From the human T2T-CHM13v2.0 reference genome, Homo sapiens, in the NCBI RefSeq assembly GCF_009914755.1, contig NC_060945.1: a DNA stretch of 64,000 bases. The stretch is one strand, 5' to 3'. This document shows, piece by piece, positions 14,421 through 28,092 of the stretch (positions are counted from its first letter, which is position 1; each line of letters opens with the position of its first letter). The notes under the pieces are model-generated. The model was not told the DNA's origin, ran no database searches, and saw only the letters and a list, made by a program, of their open reading frames with translations. The position numbers and the translations under genes are program-made.

Positions 14421-15018
14421 GTCTAAAGTTAGTATCATTGGAAAAAGATAAATCAGGTTCCCATACTCATGGCTTACTAAGTATTAATTGGGGGGAGGAG
14501 GTTAATTCATTGTGTGGTCAGGAATTCCTTTCATGGATCAGTAATCAACGCATAAGTCCACCTTCATCTGGTTGGAAACAGTGTTGGTGATGGTGGGGAG
14601 GGGTCATTTGTAGGAGGAGATATTTAGTCATGTGACTCATCACTGTTCTACCACATATCCACAGGAGGCAGCCTTTAGGCTAGAACTATGAAAGCAGTTA
14701 GGATGGAAAATTGGAAAGTGGTTCCAGGGGACAGCCTAGGATAGATACAGATTTTCAAAAATTGAGATTTAAATGTCAGCAACATTGCTCATTAATTAAC
14801 TTGTTTGACAAACATTGAGTGCCATATCCTACCTTCTGGTCCCATCAAAAGGAGTAAAACTCAGCCCTCATCCTCAAGGAGCACTTAGATCAAGCCAACT
14901 TGTTGGTTTTTAAATTGTATTTGATAATGCATTGGACTTTGCTAAATTCTAGAGAATACTTACAAAATCAAATGCATGTCTAATCATGTAAAATGAGGGA
15001 CACGTAAGAATAACCGGG

Positions 15019-15396
15019 TGTATTAGTTCATTCTCATGCTGCTATAAAGAACTGCCTGAGATTAGGTAATTTATAAAAGAAAGAGGTTTAATTAACTCAC
15101 AGTTCTGAATGGCTGGGGAGGCCTCAGGAACCTTACAATCATGGTGGAAGGGGAAGCAAACACATCCTTCTTCACATGCTAGCAGGAAGGATAAGTGCTG
15201 AGCAAAAGGGGGAAAAGCCTCTTATAAAACCATCAGATCTTGTGAGAACTCATTTACTATCACAAAAATAGCAGCATGAGGGTAACCGCCACCATGATTC
15301 AATTACCTCCCACTGGGTCCCTCCCATGAAATGGGGGGATTATGGGAACTACAATTCAAGATGAGATTCGGGTGGGGACGCAGCCAAACCATATCA
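15019..15396 (-). mobile_element. THE1 (THE1C-like) solo LTR, MaLR
   Basis: 'tgtattagttcattctcatgctgct...gaaggggaagcaaacacatccttcttcaca...cagccaaaccatatca'. Confidence 0.9.
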
Positions 15397-15539
15397 CTGG
15401 AAGTGAATAGAATTTGTTGAGACAAATTGAAGAGTAATTTGTTTTATTGAAGTGAGTGCAACTCATTGGTATTTTACTGTGTTCTGGGATCCAGGAGCCC
15501 AGTTTTTAGAACCTCCTCCAACCAAGACCACTTCATTAT

Positions 15540-15903
15540 TCCAGCAGACTCACTGACCCTTTCTTATGTACAGTTTTCACTACTTTCCCAGATCCCTTGT
15601 GTTTAGATCTGGCAAAAAAACTAGTTCTAGCCAAAGAAATATGCACCCTGACCAAACTTAGACAATTGAGTATCTGCTTTCCACAGGCTCTTTCTATTTC
15701 ACAGCAACCTTGCAGGCCATGTGTTAAAAATGGTGCTATACAAGATGAAAGGAGTCTGGGATCCTGAGTTACTGCTTGGGAGGGAAATTTTCAATCTAAA
15801 ATGGATTGTGGTACAAGCAGAAATAAACCTGTCATGTGTTAAACCACAGAGGTTTGGGGGATGTTTGTTACTGCAGCTTGTGTAATTTACCCTGACTAAT
15901 ATA
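15540..15903 (+). mobile_element. Old MLT1 (I/J-like) LTR
   Basis: 3' end 'gaaataaacctgtcatgtgttaaaccacagaggtttgggggatgtttgttactgcagc..ccctgactaatata'. Confidence 0.65.
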
Positions 15904-16279
15904 CTCTGTTACCATCCTTGACAGGGCATATCTGGTCTTTCTATCTAATGCTACCTCTGGGTTTTAGTGGGAAAGAGGCCTCAAGGAAAGGGATTCTGTA
16001 TATCAATGTTGACATTTCTTCTTCCTATATATAGCTGAACATTGGAGAGATTATGTTTGTTTAGAAAAGTTTTCACAAATCCTTTGTCATGAAGATTTCA
16101 GAGAAAGGTGACCATGAATTGTGTTAAGGTGACTTTTTATACACCAATTAAATAACCTGATTCAATGATTGCAGGGCATGAAGAGAAACGACAACAGTCT
16201 TGGGTGTTCTGATCTGAGTAGCTTGTCAGTGCCTAATAGCTCCTTTGCTGCATGTAGATACAAATGACCAATCTTACAC

Positions 16280-16310
<31 letters not shown>

Positions 16311-17217
16311 CTCAAGCTAGATTTTCTTTCCTCAAGAAAATGTGAAAATGTCACTGGTCACAACCTCTAAGCCCTATAAGTTTATGTCTTTATTTTATGT
16401 TCTGGAGAGAAAAAAAAATTCACAATCAGAGAGAAAAGTAATTTTTCCGTTACTAATAAGCTACGTATGTGCAAAAGGTTAGTTTTGGAATTTCTTTCAA
16501 AGATCCTGTGATTCAAAGTAAAATATTTGGTAAACTATAATGAGGTAATTGTGAGAAATGAGACATTAAAGTGTGTTTGGAGCCTTTTATATATTTCAAC
16601 TTTAAAAACAATTTGGTGTCTCCATCATTAAAACTAAACTTTCACCTGCTACAGATCTCCTTCTTTGCTCCAAAGACTATTGTTTGTTTGAACAGGGTGG
16701 AAAGGAGGTTGTCAGAGGCCTTTTACACAGTGCAAATGAGAGCAGAAATCAGCGGGGCCACAAGTGTTAATGAGAGAATGGCTGCTGATCAGAGCGTGGA
16801 CTTGGCCACAGAAAGTTTATCTTGAATTTTAGAAGTTTTTCAGTTGGTTATTGGTGGTTGCAATAAAATAAATTACTTCTAAAATATAAATATTGAGTGA
16901 GTCATAATGTCTTAAATGATTATGACCACAGTTTGCAGACCTTGTGTTGTAACTTAAACTTGACATTTAAGCATTCAGCCTGCATTTAGAATTTCTAAAT
17001 CTTAATATGTATTACTGCACACACATTTTGAAAAATATATAGATGAATATATAGCATTTATACCAATACATATAAACACATATTTCTTTTAAAAGATAGG
17101 CAAATACCATCATTTCTTCACTGGTCAACTCATGGAAGTCATGCTTACTAATCAACTTTTCATGGATCTAACATTTTATGCATTCATCTATAACACAGCT
17201 TTTCCATTGGATAATAA

Positions 17218-17561
<344 letters not shown>

Positions 17562-17864
17562 ATCCTCGTTTTCTAGATGAGGAAACTGAGGCTCAGCAAA
17601 TGACATTGTTACTGAGACAAATGTTTGAGCCAGGGAGGTGCTTGGAAAGACTATGGGGCTCTGAAGAGGGCAATTAAATTAAAATAAAGGGTGAGTTATT
17701 GTGAATATATGAACTACTCTAAAAAGATGAGAAATGTCACTCTCCCACTCAAAGTAGGGGAACTGGATGAGTGCAGGACCCTGAAATGTGGAAAGGCATT
17801 TAATGTAGGGAATGATGCTTATAAGAGGGTTTGAAGAGCTAGAGCAGAAGGCAGAGGGCATCCC

Positions 17865-18170
17865 CTGTAACTATTAGCCAATAACTCCCCACTCTTCCTC
17901 TTCCAAGCCACTGGTAGCTTCTAACCTACTTTCTCTCTCTAGAAACTTGCCTATTCTAAAAATTTCATACAAGTGGAATAATACAATCATACAACATTTG
18001 TCATTTTGTGCCTGGATTATTTCACTTTATATAATATTTCCAACATGTTACATGTTGTAGCATGCACAGAACTTTCTTTCTTTCCATGTCTGAATAATAT
18101 TCCGTTGTATGGATATGCCACATTTTCTTTATCAATTCATCTGTTGATAGATGCTTGGGTTGTTTCCATC
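17865..18170 (-). mobile_element. L1ME-like 3' fragment
   Basis: 'ctactttctctctctagaaacttgcctattctaaaaatttcatacaagtggaataatacaat'. Confidence 0.65.
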
Positions 18171-18449
18171 GGATTGTCTTTTGATATGACACATACTATC
18201 CTCAGATCTACCTCCCTCCCTTCCTCTTCCCCAAAGCTGCTCAACCAGAGGCTTGGGTAACAATTGGCCACACCCAACTTATCTAAGTCTGTTCTGTCCT
18301 CCATTCAGATGGGAGCCCACCCTTCAAGACGACTATATAGAAAATAAAACTATTGTCCTGAGAGACCATCTTTCTTGCTATTTGGCACCCACTATAAATC
18401 CTCATGGGCTATATCCTTTTGAGAGACACCATCATTTTAAATTTGAAGA

Positions 18450-19145
18450 TGTGCTATTTATTGTTGTTTTTCAGCTCCAGACTCACCCTTCTAAATTCTG
18501 CTCTATGCTATTGGATTGGAGCAGAGGTTTTACAAACCACATGTTCACTTTCCCTGCAGGCTCCATGTTAGGCTCTGCCAAGAGGGTGTACTGAAGAGAA
18601 GCTAAAAGATTGGAGCAGAAAAAAGGAACCTGCTCCTTCTTGTTTGCTTCCTGTCCCTCTCTGCATCACCCAAGCATGCTTCTTCACCCCAGCAGCAGCA
18701 GTTCTTTCACACAGTAGGAGCTGCATGCAGTGAGCGGTGTTTCCAACAGTTATAGATCCTACCTCATTGTACCACTCCCCCACCTTGAGGACCAGCACTA
18801 GCTGGCAGGAGCATCTTCCTCACAGAACTGAATTTAAGCCCTACAAGGTCCCTCTTGTTAGCCCAGAAACATCATCAGCAGTTGGGCAGGGCCCTGTCCT
18901 CTGAGATCTGAGTTTCTGTTCCTCAGAGTCATTACATTATATGTTTTAAACATACCTCTTCCCTTTGTTTCTGCCAGCCCTAAGGTGGTGCTGCTTCTTG
19001 TAGTTGCTACTTCCATCTGTGACTTTCCAGTTAACTTTTAAACAATTTTATAACTAGTTAACAGCTATTTGTGTTAAATTCTCACTTTAAGTCCTTGGTT
19101 ATAAGGTGTCTTCTCCCCGTCCTCTCCCAGACCATACACAATACA
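18450..19145 (+). mobile_element. Old ERVL LTR (LTR41-like)
   Basis: 'cagctccagactcacccttc', 'tgttaggctctgccaagagggtgtactgaagagaagct'. Confidence 0.5.
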
Positions 19146-19769
19146 TGGACATCGCACACATACTGCATGTGCATATGGAGTAGGAACATTCCCAATCAAG
19201 ATAGTGAATATACTGTGGAGGGCTTTAGAGTGAGGCCAGACCCCATGGATCCAGGGACCTTCCCTGAAAAGGACTGAAGCCCACTGTGGTCATTGAAGAA
19301 CAGTGGAAAGCTCTGGTGGGAACTGCGCAAGTAGAAGTTCCTCCAGATCAGGAACCTTTTCTGTCTCTTGACAAGGTAATATTGAGGAGTCTAAGAGAGG
19401 GTGGTCAAGGTCAGGCAGTCCCAGGTGATGGAAGAAAGGTGGCTTCTGAGGAATGGTATCAGACCTTCATGTCTCCTTTCTTCTGTGGTGCCCATAAACA
19501 AAGATTGGCTTAAACATACCAACTTAGTTCTACTAGGGCAGATTAGGTGATGGGTCCTGTACCCATCTAACATTAGATACCAGAATCAAATGTTAGAAGG
19601 GAGCAGTGACTCCCTCCCCCAGGGGTGAGTGGCAGCTATAATTCATAAGAACTTTCCACTGGGGAAGGTGAATCGGTCCAAGACTGACTTGCAATAAGGC
19701 TTGGAGCTGAAGACAAGAAACACTGATGGACATGAAAACTATTGGATAAAAGTTTGAAGAGGGACAAGG

Positions 19770-22050
19770 TATTAAATTCTCTGAAAGTATTTCTCCACAG
19801 ATTATTTATTAATTACAAAGGGAATTATAGTAATCAGGTGAAGAAACTTGGCAGACCCCACCCTATGGAAGTGATCAAAGTTGACACCACTCGCAATGGG
19901 ACAAACTGACATCATTTGGCTCCTGATATGATGCACTGAGAAGGGCACAGCATTGCTTATGTAATACACCTGTCAAATGCACAATTAAGCAGCTTGAATT
20001 CACATTGTGGAATAGTCTGCAAAGCCACTGGCCGGCACTCTTCAAGAATGTTATGACTTGAAAGACAAAGAAAGGCTAAGGAACTTTTCCAGATTAACAG
20101 AGACTAAAGAGACATGGCAACAAGCTGCAATACGTGATCAAGATTGGAGCCTGGGTCAGGGGAAAATTGTCCCAAAGGACATTTTTAGGATGATAGGCAA
20201 AAATTAAATATGGGCTATCTATTAGATAATGGTATTATATTAACATTACATTTTCTGAGTTTGATTAATTGTGCTATGATCAGAGACTCTCCATGCCATG
20301 TTCTTGGGAAACATACACTAAAGTGTTTGGGGGTAAAGAAAGGGGTTGAGAATAGCCAGAGCAAGCCTAAGCACACACACAAAAAAAAGCTGGAGGCATC
20401 ATACTACCTGACTTCAAACTATACTATAAGCCTATAGTAACCAGAACAGCATGATACTGGCACCAAAATGGACACATAGACCAATGGAATAAAATAGAAA
20501 ACTCAGAAATAAAGCCACACACTTACAACCATCTGATCTTCGATAAGGCCAACAAAAACAAGCAATGGTGAAAGGACTTCCTATTTAATAGATGTTGCTG
20601 GGATAGCTGGCTAGCCATATGCGGAAGATTGAAACTGGACCCTTACATATCACCACATACAAAAATTAACCCAAGGTGCATTAAAGATTTAAATGTAAGA
20701 CCTCAAACAATAGAAATCCTACCAGAAAACCTAGGAAATACCCTTCTTGACATCGGCCTTGACAAAGAATTTTTGGCCAAGACCCCCAAAACAACTGCAA
20801 CAAAAACAAAAATTGGCAAGTGAGATGTAATCAAACTAAAGACATTGTGCACAACAAAAGAAACTATCAATAGAGTAATGGACAACCTACAGAGGGGGAG
20901 AAAATATTCACAAATTATTCATCTGACAAAGGTCTAAAATCCAGAATCTATAAGGGACTTAAATCAACAAGCAAAAACCAAATAACCGCATTAACAGATG
21001 GGGAATGGACACAAACAGACACTTCTTAAAAGAAGACGTGCAAGTGGCCAAAAAACATATGAAAAAATTCTCATCATCACTAACCATCAGAGAATGCAAA
21101 ACCAAAACCACAATGAGATACCACCTCACACCAGTCAGGATGGCTGTTACTAAAAAGTCAAAAACCAACAGATGCTTCTGAGGCTGTGGAGAAAAGGGGA
21201 CAGTTATACACTGTTGGTGGAAAGGTAAATTGGTTCAGCCACCGTGGAAAGCAGTTTGGAGATTTCTCGAATAACTTAAAACAGAGCTATCATTCAACCC
21301 AACAATTCCATTAGTGGGTATATACCCAAGGGAAGATAGATCATTATACCAAAAAATATATATACTCATATGTTCATCGCCATGCTATTCACAATAGCAA
21401 AGACATGGAATCAACCCAGGTGCCCATCAATAGGCAATTGGATGAAGAAAATGTGGTACCATGGAATACTATGCAGTCATAAAAAGAATGAAATCATGTT
21501 CTTTATGTCAACATGGATGGAGCTGGAGGGTGTGATCCTAAGCAAACTAATGCAAGAACAGAAAACCAAATACTACTTATTCTCATTTATAAGTGGGAGC
21601 TGATCATTGAGCACATAGGGACATAAACATGGGAATAATAGATGCTGCAGAATACTAGAGGGGAGAGGGAGGGAGGGGGCATGGGCTGAAAAACTACCTA
21701 CTGGGTGCTATGCTGACTACCTGGATGAAATATACCCATGTCGCTAACTTGCACATGTACCCACCCCTATATCTAAAATAGAAGTTGAAGGTTTAAAAAA
21801 AAAGAAGAAAGAAAGAAAGGGGTTGAGGATGCAATGAACTCTCAAACAGTTTAGGAAAATAAAGTGAGAAGGTGAATCTCAGGATACACATGAGAAAGAG
21901 AGATAGGGAGATTGAGAGACTGTGGGAGAAAGAGAGACAGAGAGAGATGGGGGAGAGGACTTATACTATGAGAGTTTTTGTATTATTCTGGCGACTCTTC
22001 TGGAAATTTGGAATCATTTCAAAGTAAACAACATGAAAAAAAAAAAAAGA
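19770..22050 (+). mobile_element. L1MC-like 3' region (host of the younger L1)
   Basis: 'attacaaagggaattatagtaa..gtgatcaaagttgacaccac..ctcctgatatgatgcactgagaaggg'; resumes after 21827. Confidence 0.65.
20351..21811 (+). mobile_element. 5'-truncated older primate L1 (L1PA16/17- or L1PB-like): ORF2 3' part and 3' UTR
   Basis: Decayed ORF2 peptides ([25 protein letters not shown]; MFIAMLFTIAKTWNQPRCP); 16-bp TSD aaagaaaggggttgag at 20335-20350 / 21812-21827. Confidence 0.9.
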
Positions 22051-23109
22051 ATTGGGGCTGAAAGATGCAAGCAGCCTTAAGACATTTCCCATGTTTGTAT
22101 GGTTTCCTCTCTACTGTGTTGCCCCCGCACTTGACAGGACAAAAATGGAGTAGCGCTAAGAGGGTGGAGATGGAGAGGAATAAAAGTATAAGGTGGAAAA
22201 AAGAAAAGAAACCAGCCAAGTCCTTGTGCCCACCATGGCTTCCAGCCTGAAAAAGGTCTGAGCTGGGGTTGAGGAGAAAGATGAACACCACTTCCAGGTT
22301 GGAACTGTTATCTATATATGTCACAGATGTCCTAATAGCAGAAATAAGACAGTATTTTTGACTTAAAGTGCATGTCGAACTCCTGAGACCTGCGGAAACT
22401 TTTACCTAAAGCAGGGGAAGATGATTACCACTGAATATTCAAGTGGTGAGAGGCCAGAAATACAGTTTCATCTTTAATCGTGTCCCATAAGTAAAGTTCT
22501 CTCCTGTTGCCAGTCTGGGAGAAAGAGGTCGTTTTAGTTAAGGAAGCCTGCTGTTTCTTTGCACTCTCATTACATAATTACTTGTAGAAACCCATGCTTG
22601 ACAGAGTTTCTCACTTATTGTAAACAGCGTGGATAATGCCTTAGAAAATCTGTTAACTTCCCAGTTGTCAGGTGACATCTTGAATAGGGGTGCTTAAGAA
22701 TGGGGCATTGAGCAGCAGCTGGCGAGGGCTAAGGAGACAGCTTCCCCAGCCTCGCAGTTTGGGCGTGGCTTGACTTAGAACCCACAGACTTCCACAGAGC
22801 ACCTCCGTGATGGGGCCCTGCATATATAGTTTTATTCCTGGTATGATTTGAAGGTCCTTGCTATGGGATTGCAAGGCAGGTGTTACTTTCTTCACCTCAG
22901 GAAGGATTTACAAAGGACTCCTTACACTTAGATGGCCTGAGAGTCATTCACAGAGCCTGAGACAGACAGAAGGAAGGGTCAGGTACTGCAGTACATGGGC
23001 CCAGGAGATCTGAGATGGGTCCCTGCCCTGCCCCTGCTTGGCTAAAGGACCTTGGATTTCTCACTTCACCACTCTCGACCTTGGCGGCTTGTCTCATCTG
23101 GAAATGGAA

Positions 23110-23557
23110 CATGAGAGTTGTCAGAATTAAAATGGAGTCACTATGTTAAAAACCCAACCTCACAAATAGAGCCAGGGAAAGCCATGAAGAGAGGGCTCTT
23201 ACGTTTGTGTGCTTGATAACACAAACTGTCACAAAAGACTGCAAAAGCCGCAACCCTGCACAGAGGCCATCACAACCTTACACAAAGAGTACTTCTGCAG
23301 GAACATCTGCGCAGCAACTGTCTGCCCAACCTTGACTGGAATCACCCTTGGTATTGATATTTGTAGCCAAAGATAGTTACCTCAAAACAATGATGTGCTC
23401 ACCTCAGTTCTTCCTCTAAAAACCTTTGTATTCCTTCACCTCCCTAACTATGCATGTAATTTACTGTGGCACATGTATTCTCATTGCAATGCTGTGTTCC
23501 CAAATCAATATCTTATTCTTTTACAGAGCCTCTCTCTGTTTGTTATCTAGGTTGGCT
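23110..23557 (+). mobile_element. MER65-like ERV1 solo LTR
   Basis: 'gttgtcagaattaaaatggagtcactatgttaaaaacc...tgtttgttatctaggttg'; 4-bp TSD GGAA (23106-23109 / 23558-23561). Confidence 0.75.
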
Positions 23558-23657
23558 GGAAAGTGGTCTCAACTCTACCCACAGTCCCTTCTCATCCATG
23601 AGTCTCTGATTATCTTCTTTGGAGAGATGCTCAGAGCTCAATAAGCCCAAATAGTCC

Positions 23658-24101
23658 TTTATCACTCAGGGTACAGCAGGCAACAGACAGCATGCTCAAA
23701 TTGTGTTATTTGAGGAAAGTGTAATAAAGGGACCCTTTACAATGATGTGGGCAGGTTACAGGGCAGCCACAAGGAGTACTGTGGTGTTTCTGGGCTAGTA
23801 ATCATGGTGGGCACTTACCCTCTTCAGGCCTAAGAGCGCAGGAGCCTGAGACACAGAGGGCTGGGGTTGGAGGGATTTGGCCAGCCTGCAGTGACCCCAG
23901 AGAGGGATCAGGAGAGGACATGGACTGATCTCACATTTCTATCCCCATCTCTTCTGCAGCCCATGACGTCCCCATTGACTGGAGACAACCAGAAGTTGGA
24001 GAGCAGGGGAGCCCATTGATGTGGCCCTTTGAGGTCAGACCCATGGCATAGAGCAGGGGTGGAAGCAGGGCTGGAGGGGCAAATGAGAGACATCCAGCAC
24101 A
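23658..24101 (-). mobile_element. LTR33-like ERVL LTR (3' LTR of the proviral fossil)
   Basis: 'tatcactcagggtacagcaggcaacagacagcatgctcaaa..atttgaggaaagtgtaataaaggga' through 'ggaggggcaaatgagagacatccagcaca'. Confidence 0.7.
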
Positions 24102-24668
24102 GGGTACCCTTCATCCCCCAGTGTTTATGTTTGTCCTTTACCCAGGTTATAAATGTGTGTCCCCAAAAAGGACAAAGTCATTCAAAGTCCCAAAACCTAA
24201 AATATTAGCCACCTTCATTCAAGGTAATGAGGGGAAAGGGAAAGGAATGGCTGATGTGTATAACCACCATAGTACCTGATGGAGCAGGTTACAAGTCCAG
24301 GTTGGCCATCACAGCTGCCTTCTTCCTACCACCCTTCTACAGTTCCCTTTGTCTTATGCCAGTTTCGGTTTGCCTAAGTTCTTTACCTAGAGGGATGAGC
24401 TAAGCCTTCATTCTGGAAGTATCTCTGTCCTTGGAGATCTTTTCTCCATTGTCTAAGCCTACTGGGCAAGGAAGTACTAAGAAAGTTCCCAGTGTATCTC
24501 TGGGGATCCACACATAGAACTCCATTCCCCCATTAGGTAACTTGCTCCTTGGTTATTGGAATCAATTACTGTGTTCAACACAGTGACCCTTTCTCTGCTT
24601 GCTGATTAAGCAGCAGGCAGATTTCTCCCCAAAACGCATGACTTGGAAAGCATGTTCCCCTTGGACAC

Positions 24669-25091
24669 TGTATCAGTCAGGGTTCCAGCAAAAAACAAAA
24701 CAAACAAACACAGAACAAGTAGCATATATACATCAAGAGATATATTGCAAGGAATTGGCTTATGAGGTTGTGGCAGCCACCTAGGCAAGTCTAAAATCCA
24801 GAGGGTAGGCCATCAGGAAGGGCCACCTGGAACTCTAGGGCAGGAGCTGATGCTGCAGGTCAAAGGCAGACTTTCTTCCTCAGGGAAGCCTCAGCTCTGC
24901 TCTTAAGGCCTTTCCACTGATTGGAAATCTCCACCCAGAGTGTAGAGGACAATCTCCATTCCTTAAAGCTAGTGATTGTAGATGCCAATCACATCTGCAG
25001 GATACCTTCACAGCAACACCCAGATTCGTACTTGATTGAATAACTGGGTATTACAGCCTTGCCAAGTTGACACTTCAAACTGACCATTACA
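24669..25091 (-). mobile_element. MLT2 (D/E/F-like) LTR nested in ERVL internal
   Basis: 'tgtatcagtcagggttcc...gccaagttgacac..accattaca'; TSD gacac/ggcac. Confidence 0.8.
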
Positions 25092-25550
25092 GGCACTAAG
25101 ATCTCCACACCCTCCCAGTCTAAGAAGATAGGGATGGGATGCAAACATCCCTCCAAAGAGTTTCACGACATGATAGTGACAGGGATACTCTTATCTCCCC
25201 CACTCACCCCCCAGTCCCATGGATTCTGACTAAAGGAAAGACAGCACCAAACCTTAGATATCTTTAAGGACACATGGGGCAGAGGTAGACAGCTCTCTGA
25301 CCTCCCAGCATCTTGTCTCCCACCTAGAACTATACCCGAGCCATCCTCAGGCCACTCCACTTTTTATTAAACCAGAAGTTTCTGGGTGATGTGGCCCTTT
25401 GGGTTAATCTGGGCATGAGTTCATTGCCACACTTCCTTTGCCCTAAAATATGTCACCTGATCAGAGGTGATAATATAGGATACTATGGCAATGATGGAGG
25501 AATTCTGCAAGTGCGGGAATAGTGGTACTGATCAAAGCATTATGAATAGG

Positions 25551-25760
25551 CATGTTAGTCCATTTTGTGTTGCTATAAAGGAATACTTGAGGCTGGGTAA
25601 TTTATTTTTAAAAAGAGGTTTATTTGGCTTATGGTTTTGCAGACTGTACAAGAGGCATGGCACCAGCATCTGCTTCTGGTGAGGCCTCAGGAAGCTTTTA
25701 CTCGTGGTAGAAGGTGGAAAGTGAGCCAGTGTGTCACAGGCTGGGAAAGGGTGGGGGGGT

Positions 25761-25791
<31 letters not shown>

Positions 25792-25989
25792 TGATGCTAG
25801 GCTCTTTTAAACAATCAGATCTCACGTGAACTAAAAGAGCAAGAGTGCACTCCTTACCTCAGGGAGGGCACCAAACCATTCATGAGGATCTGCCTCGTGA
25901 CCAAAACACGTCCCACTAGGCCCCACCTTCAACATTGAGATCACATTTTAACATGAGATTTGGAGGGGACAAACATCCAAACTATATCA
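25551..25989 (-). mobile_element. MSTB-like LTR nested in integrase
   Basis: 'gcatggcaccagcatctgcttctggtgaggcctcaggaagc...aaacatccaaactatatca'; 5-bp TSD ATAGG. Confidence 0.85.
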
Positions 25990-26069
25990 ATAGGGAAGAC
26001 AAATCTGTATCAGAGATATATCTATCTCTGTGAAGAATAAGTTCTACCACATTCATGATGGAAGGGCCC

Positions 26070-26464
26070 TGTGGGGGTTACTTTCATGTGTCAGCTTGGC
26101 TGGAACATGGTGGCCAATTGTTTGGTCAAGCACCGGACTAGATGTTCCGGTGAGAAGATATTTTAGATACGACTGGTATTTAAATCCATGGACTTTATTA
26201 AAGCAGATTGTTCTCCGTGATGCATGTTGGCTTCATCCAGTCCACTGAAGGCCTTAAGAGCAAAGACTGAGGTTTCCTGAGGAAGAAGGAGTTTCCAGCC
26301 TGCTGCCCTATGGAATTCATACTCAATACTGCAGCATCAACTCTTACATAGGTTCAGATTTTGGACTTGCCAGTTTCCACAGTTTCGTGAGCCAATTCCT
26401 TAAAATAAATCTCTTTCTCTCTCTTCTATTGGTTAAGTTTCTCTGGAGAACTCCCATTAATACA
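26070..26464 (+). mobile_element. MLT2D-like LTR nested in integrase
   Basis: 'tgtgggggttactttcatgtgtcagcttggc...gagccaattccttaaaataaatctc...taataca'. Confidence 0.8.
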
Positions 26465-26716
26465 GGGTTCAATATAATCAACTTGCTGGTATCCCTGGGA
26501 AATAGTAACAGCTTAGAGGCTCAGATACAGTCTCTGCTGTTGACAAATTGGAAACTCATCAATAGCTGTAGCTAAATCAGCCCTGGCGAGGAAAAGTCCA
26601 TAGTGATGAACCCATGTATAAACCTCCACCCCTGCCATATGGCCACTTTGTATCTGAGCCCATTGAGTGAGCCACATGGTTAGTCAACCTCTACAGGACA
26701 GGTCAACTTAACCACC

Positions 26717-27119
26717 TCAATTATTCTGCTCAAGCTGCTGTAGCGAGATACCACTGACTGGTTAGCTTAAACCATAGACATTTAGTTTCTCAAAGTTCTG
26801 GAGGCTGGAAGTCCAAGATCAAGGTGTCAGCAAGGTTAATTTCTGGTGAGGACTCTATTCGTTACTTGCAGATGGCTACCTTCTTTGCTGTGTCCTCACT
26901 TATCCTCTTTTCTGTGTGTGCAGAGAAAGAGCTCTCTGGTGTCTTTTCCTTTTCTTATCAGGACACCAGTCCTACCGGATTAGGGCCACACTCTTATGAC
27001 CTCATTTAACCTTAATTACCTCCTTAAAGGCCCCATCTCTGAATATAGTCACATTGAAGAGTTAGGGCTTCAACATGTGAATTTGGGGGGCGGGGTTAGA
27101 CACAATTCAGTCCATAACA
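26717..27119 (-). mobile_element. MLT1B-like LTR
   Basis: 'agttctggaggctggaagtccaagatcaaggtgtcagca...acacaattcagtccataaca'; TSD CCACC (26712-26716 / 27120-27124). Confidence 0.8.
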
Positions 27120-27797
27120 CCACCTGATTTTTGAGAACCTCCTCCACAGTGAATGCCCTGTAGTGAAGAAGGCATGAATATCCATGCCCATTCTAAGAGA
27201 TCCATCCACATACTCCCAGACCTCTTTATCATCAATTTTCAAGTCTTGTTCCAAGTCACTGACTGGCTAACCAATCCATCAGTCACTCACCATGGATTGG
27301 ACTGGATCTACACCTCTGGCCACCTTTCCTGATTGCTTCCTGGATCTGCATAGATATCAGCACCTCATCCTCAGCCTTCCTCACCGCCTGATTTTCAAGC
27401 TTTCTGGCCTAGGCTATGACCTCAGCTCAGATGTTGAATTTAAGTGTAAGCTTGCAGAGCAAAATAAACTAATGAGGATTCCCTGAGTAACAATGAGTGA
27501 ATAGGCAGGAGCCCAGTGGTGGGCTTGCAGATGGCTACCTTCTTTGCTGCGTCCTCACTTAGCCCCCATTCCCCAAAGCATGTGCCATAGGACCATCAGA
27601 AGCCAGCTGGCTCCCAAATGTTTAGAATCACTATAGGATCAAAGTCTCTTTACACTTTGCCCTCAACTTGAACTTTATCTCATGCCAGCACTGTTCATAA
27701 TTTGAGTAATAACACATCACAGTGTGCCACGGATTACCTGTGTGCCATTTCCCCTTGGCAAGATAGGTATTACGGGGCAATGCAAATAGATGAGCAA

Positions 27798-28092
27798 CTA
27801 GTGGCTTGCTGGTAAGTGTTGAACAACTGATTCTTAAAAAGAAAGGAGGAAGGTGAGGAAGGTTAGAAAGGAAAGGAGGGAGAAAGGTAGGGAGGGGAGA
27901 AACAAAGAAAGAAACAAAAAAGAGAAAAGAAAGAAGCCCTCATTGGTAGCATTTGCAAATTTCTATGGTATAAATATTCCCTACTATGGCTGATTTCAAT
28001 CTACCAACATAATTTCACTGAACACGTAGTTGGAAAGAGATGTACACAGTCAGCTCTTGTAAGCCAGTCATAGCTGGCTCCAGCACACCACG
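27798..28092 (-). mobile_element. MER63-like hAT MITE with internal GA-rich expansion
   Basis: TIR-like ends 'agtggcttgctgg' / 'ccagcacaccac'; internal 'agttggaaagagatgtacaca'. Confidence 0.65.

Larger units (their letters stand above)
25330..26668 (-). pseudogene. Decayed ERV-L integrase, split by MST and MLT2 LTRs
   Basis: My translation of 26668->26465: TQWAQIQSGHMAGVEVYTWVHHYGLFLARADLATAIDEFPICQQQRLYLSL*..QVDYIEP; then FTEID (~26020) and ITSDQVTYFRAKEVWQ (~25470-25425). These resemble HERV-L IN motifs AQWAHEQSGH..KADLATATAECPICQQQR..QVDYIGP..TGID..SDQGTHFTAKEV. Confidence 0.85.

Noticed and set aside
18574-18592. CTCF site expected in an LTR41-like element
   Set aside because: The motif here is degenerate (ctgccaagagggtgtact)
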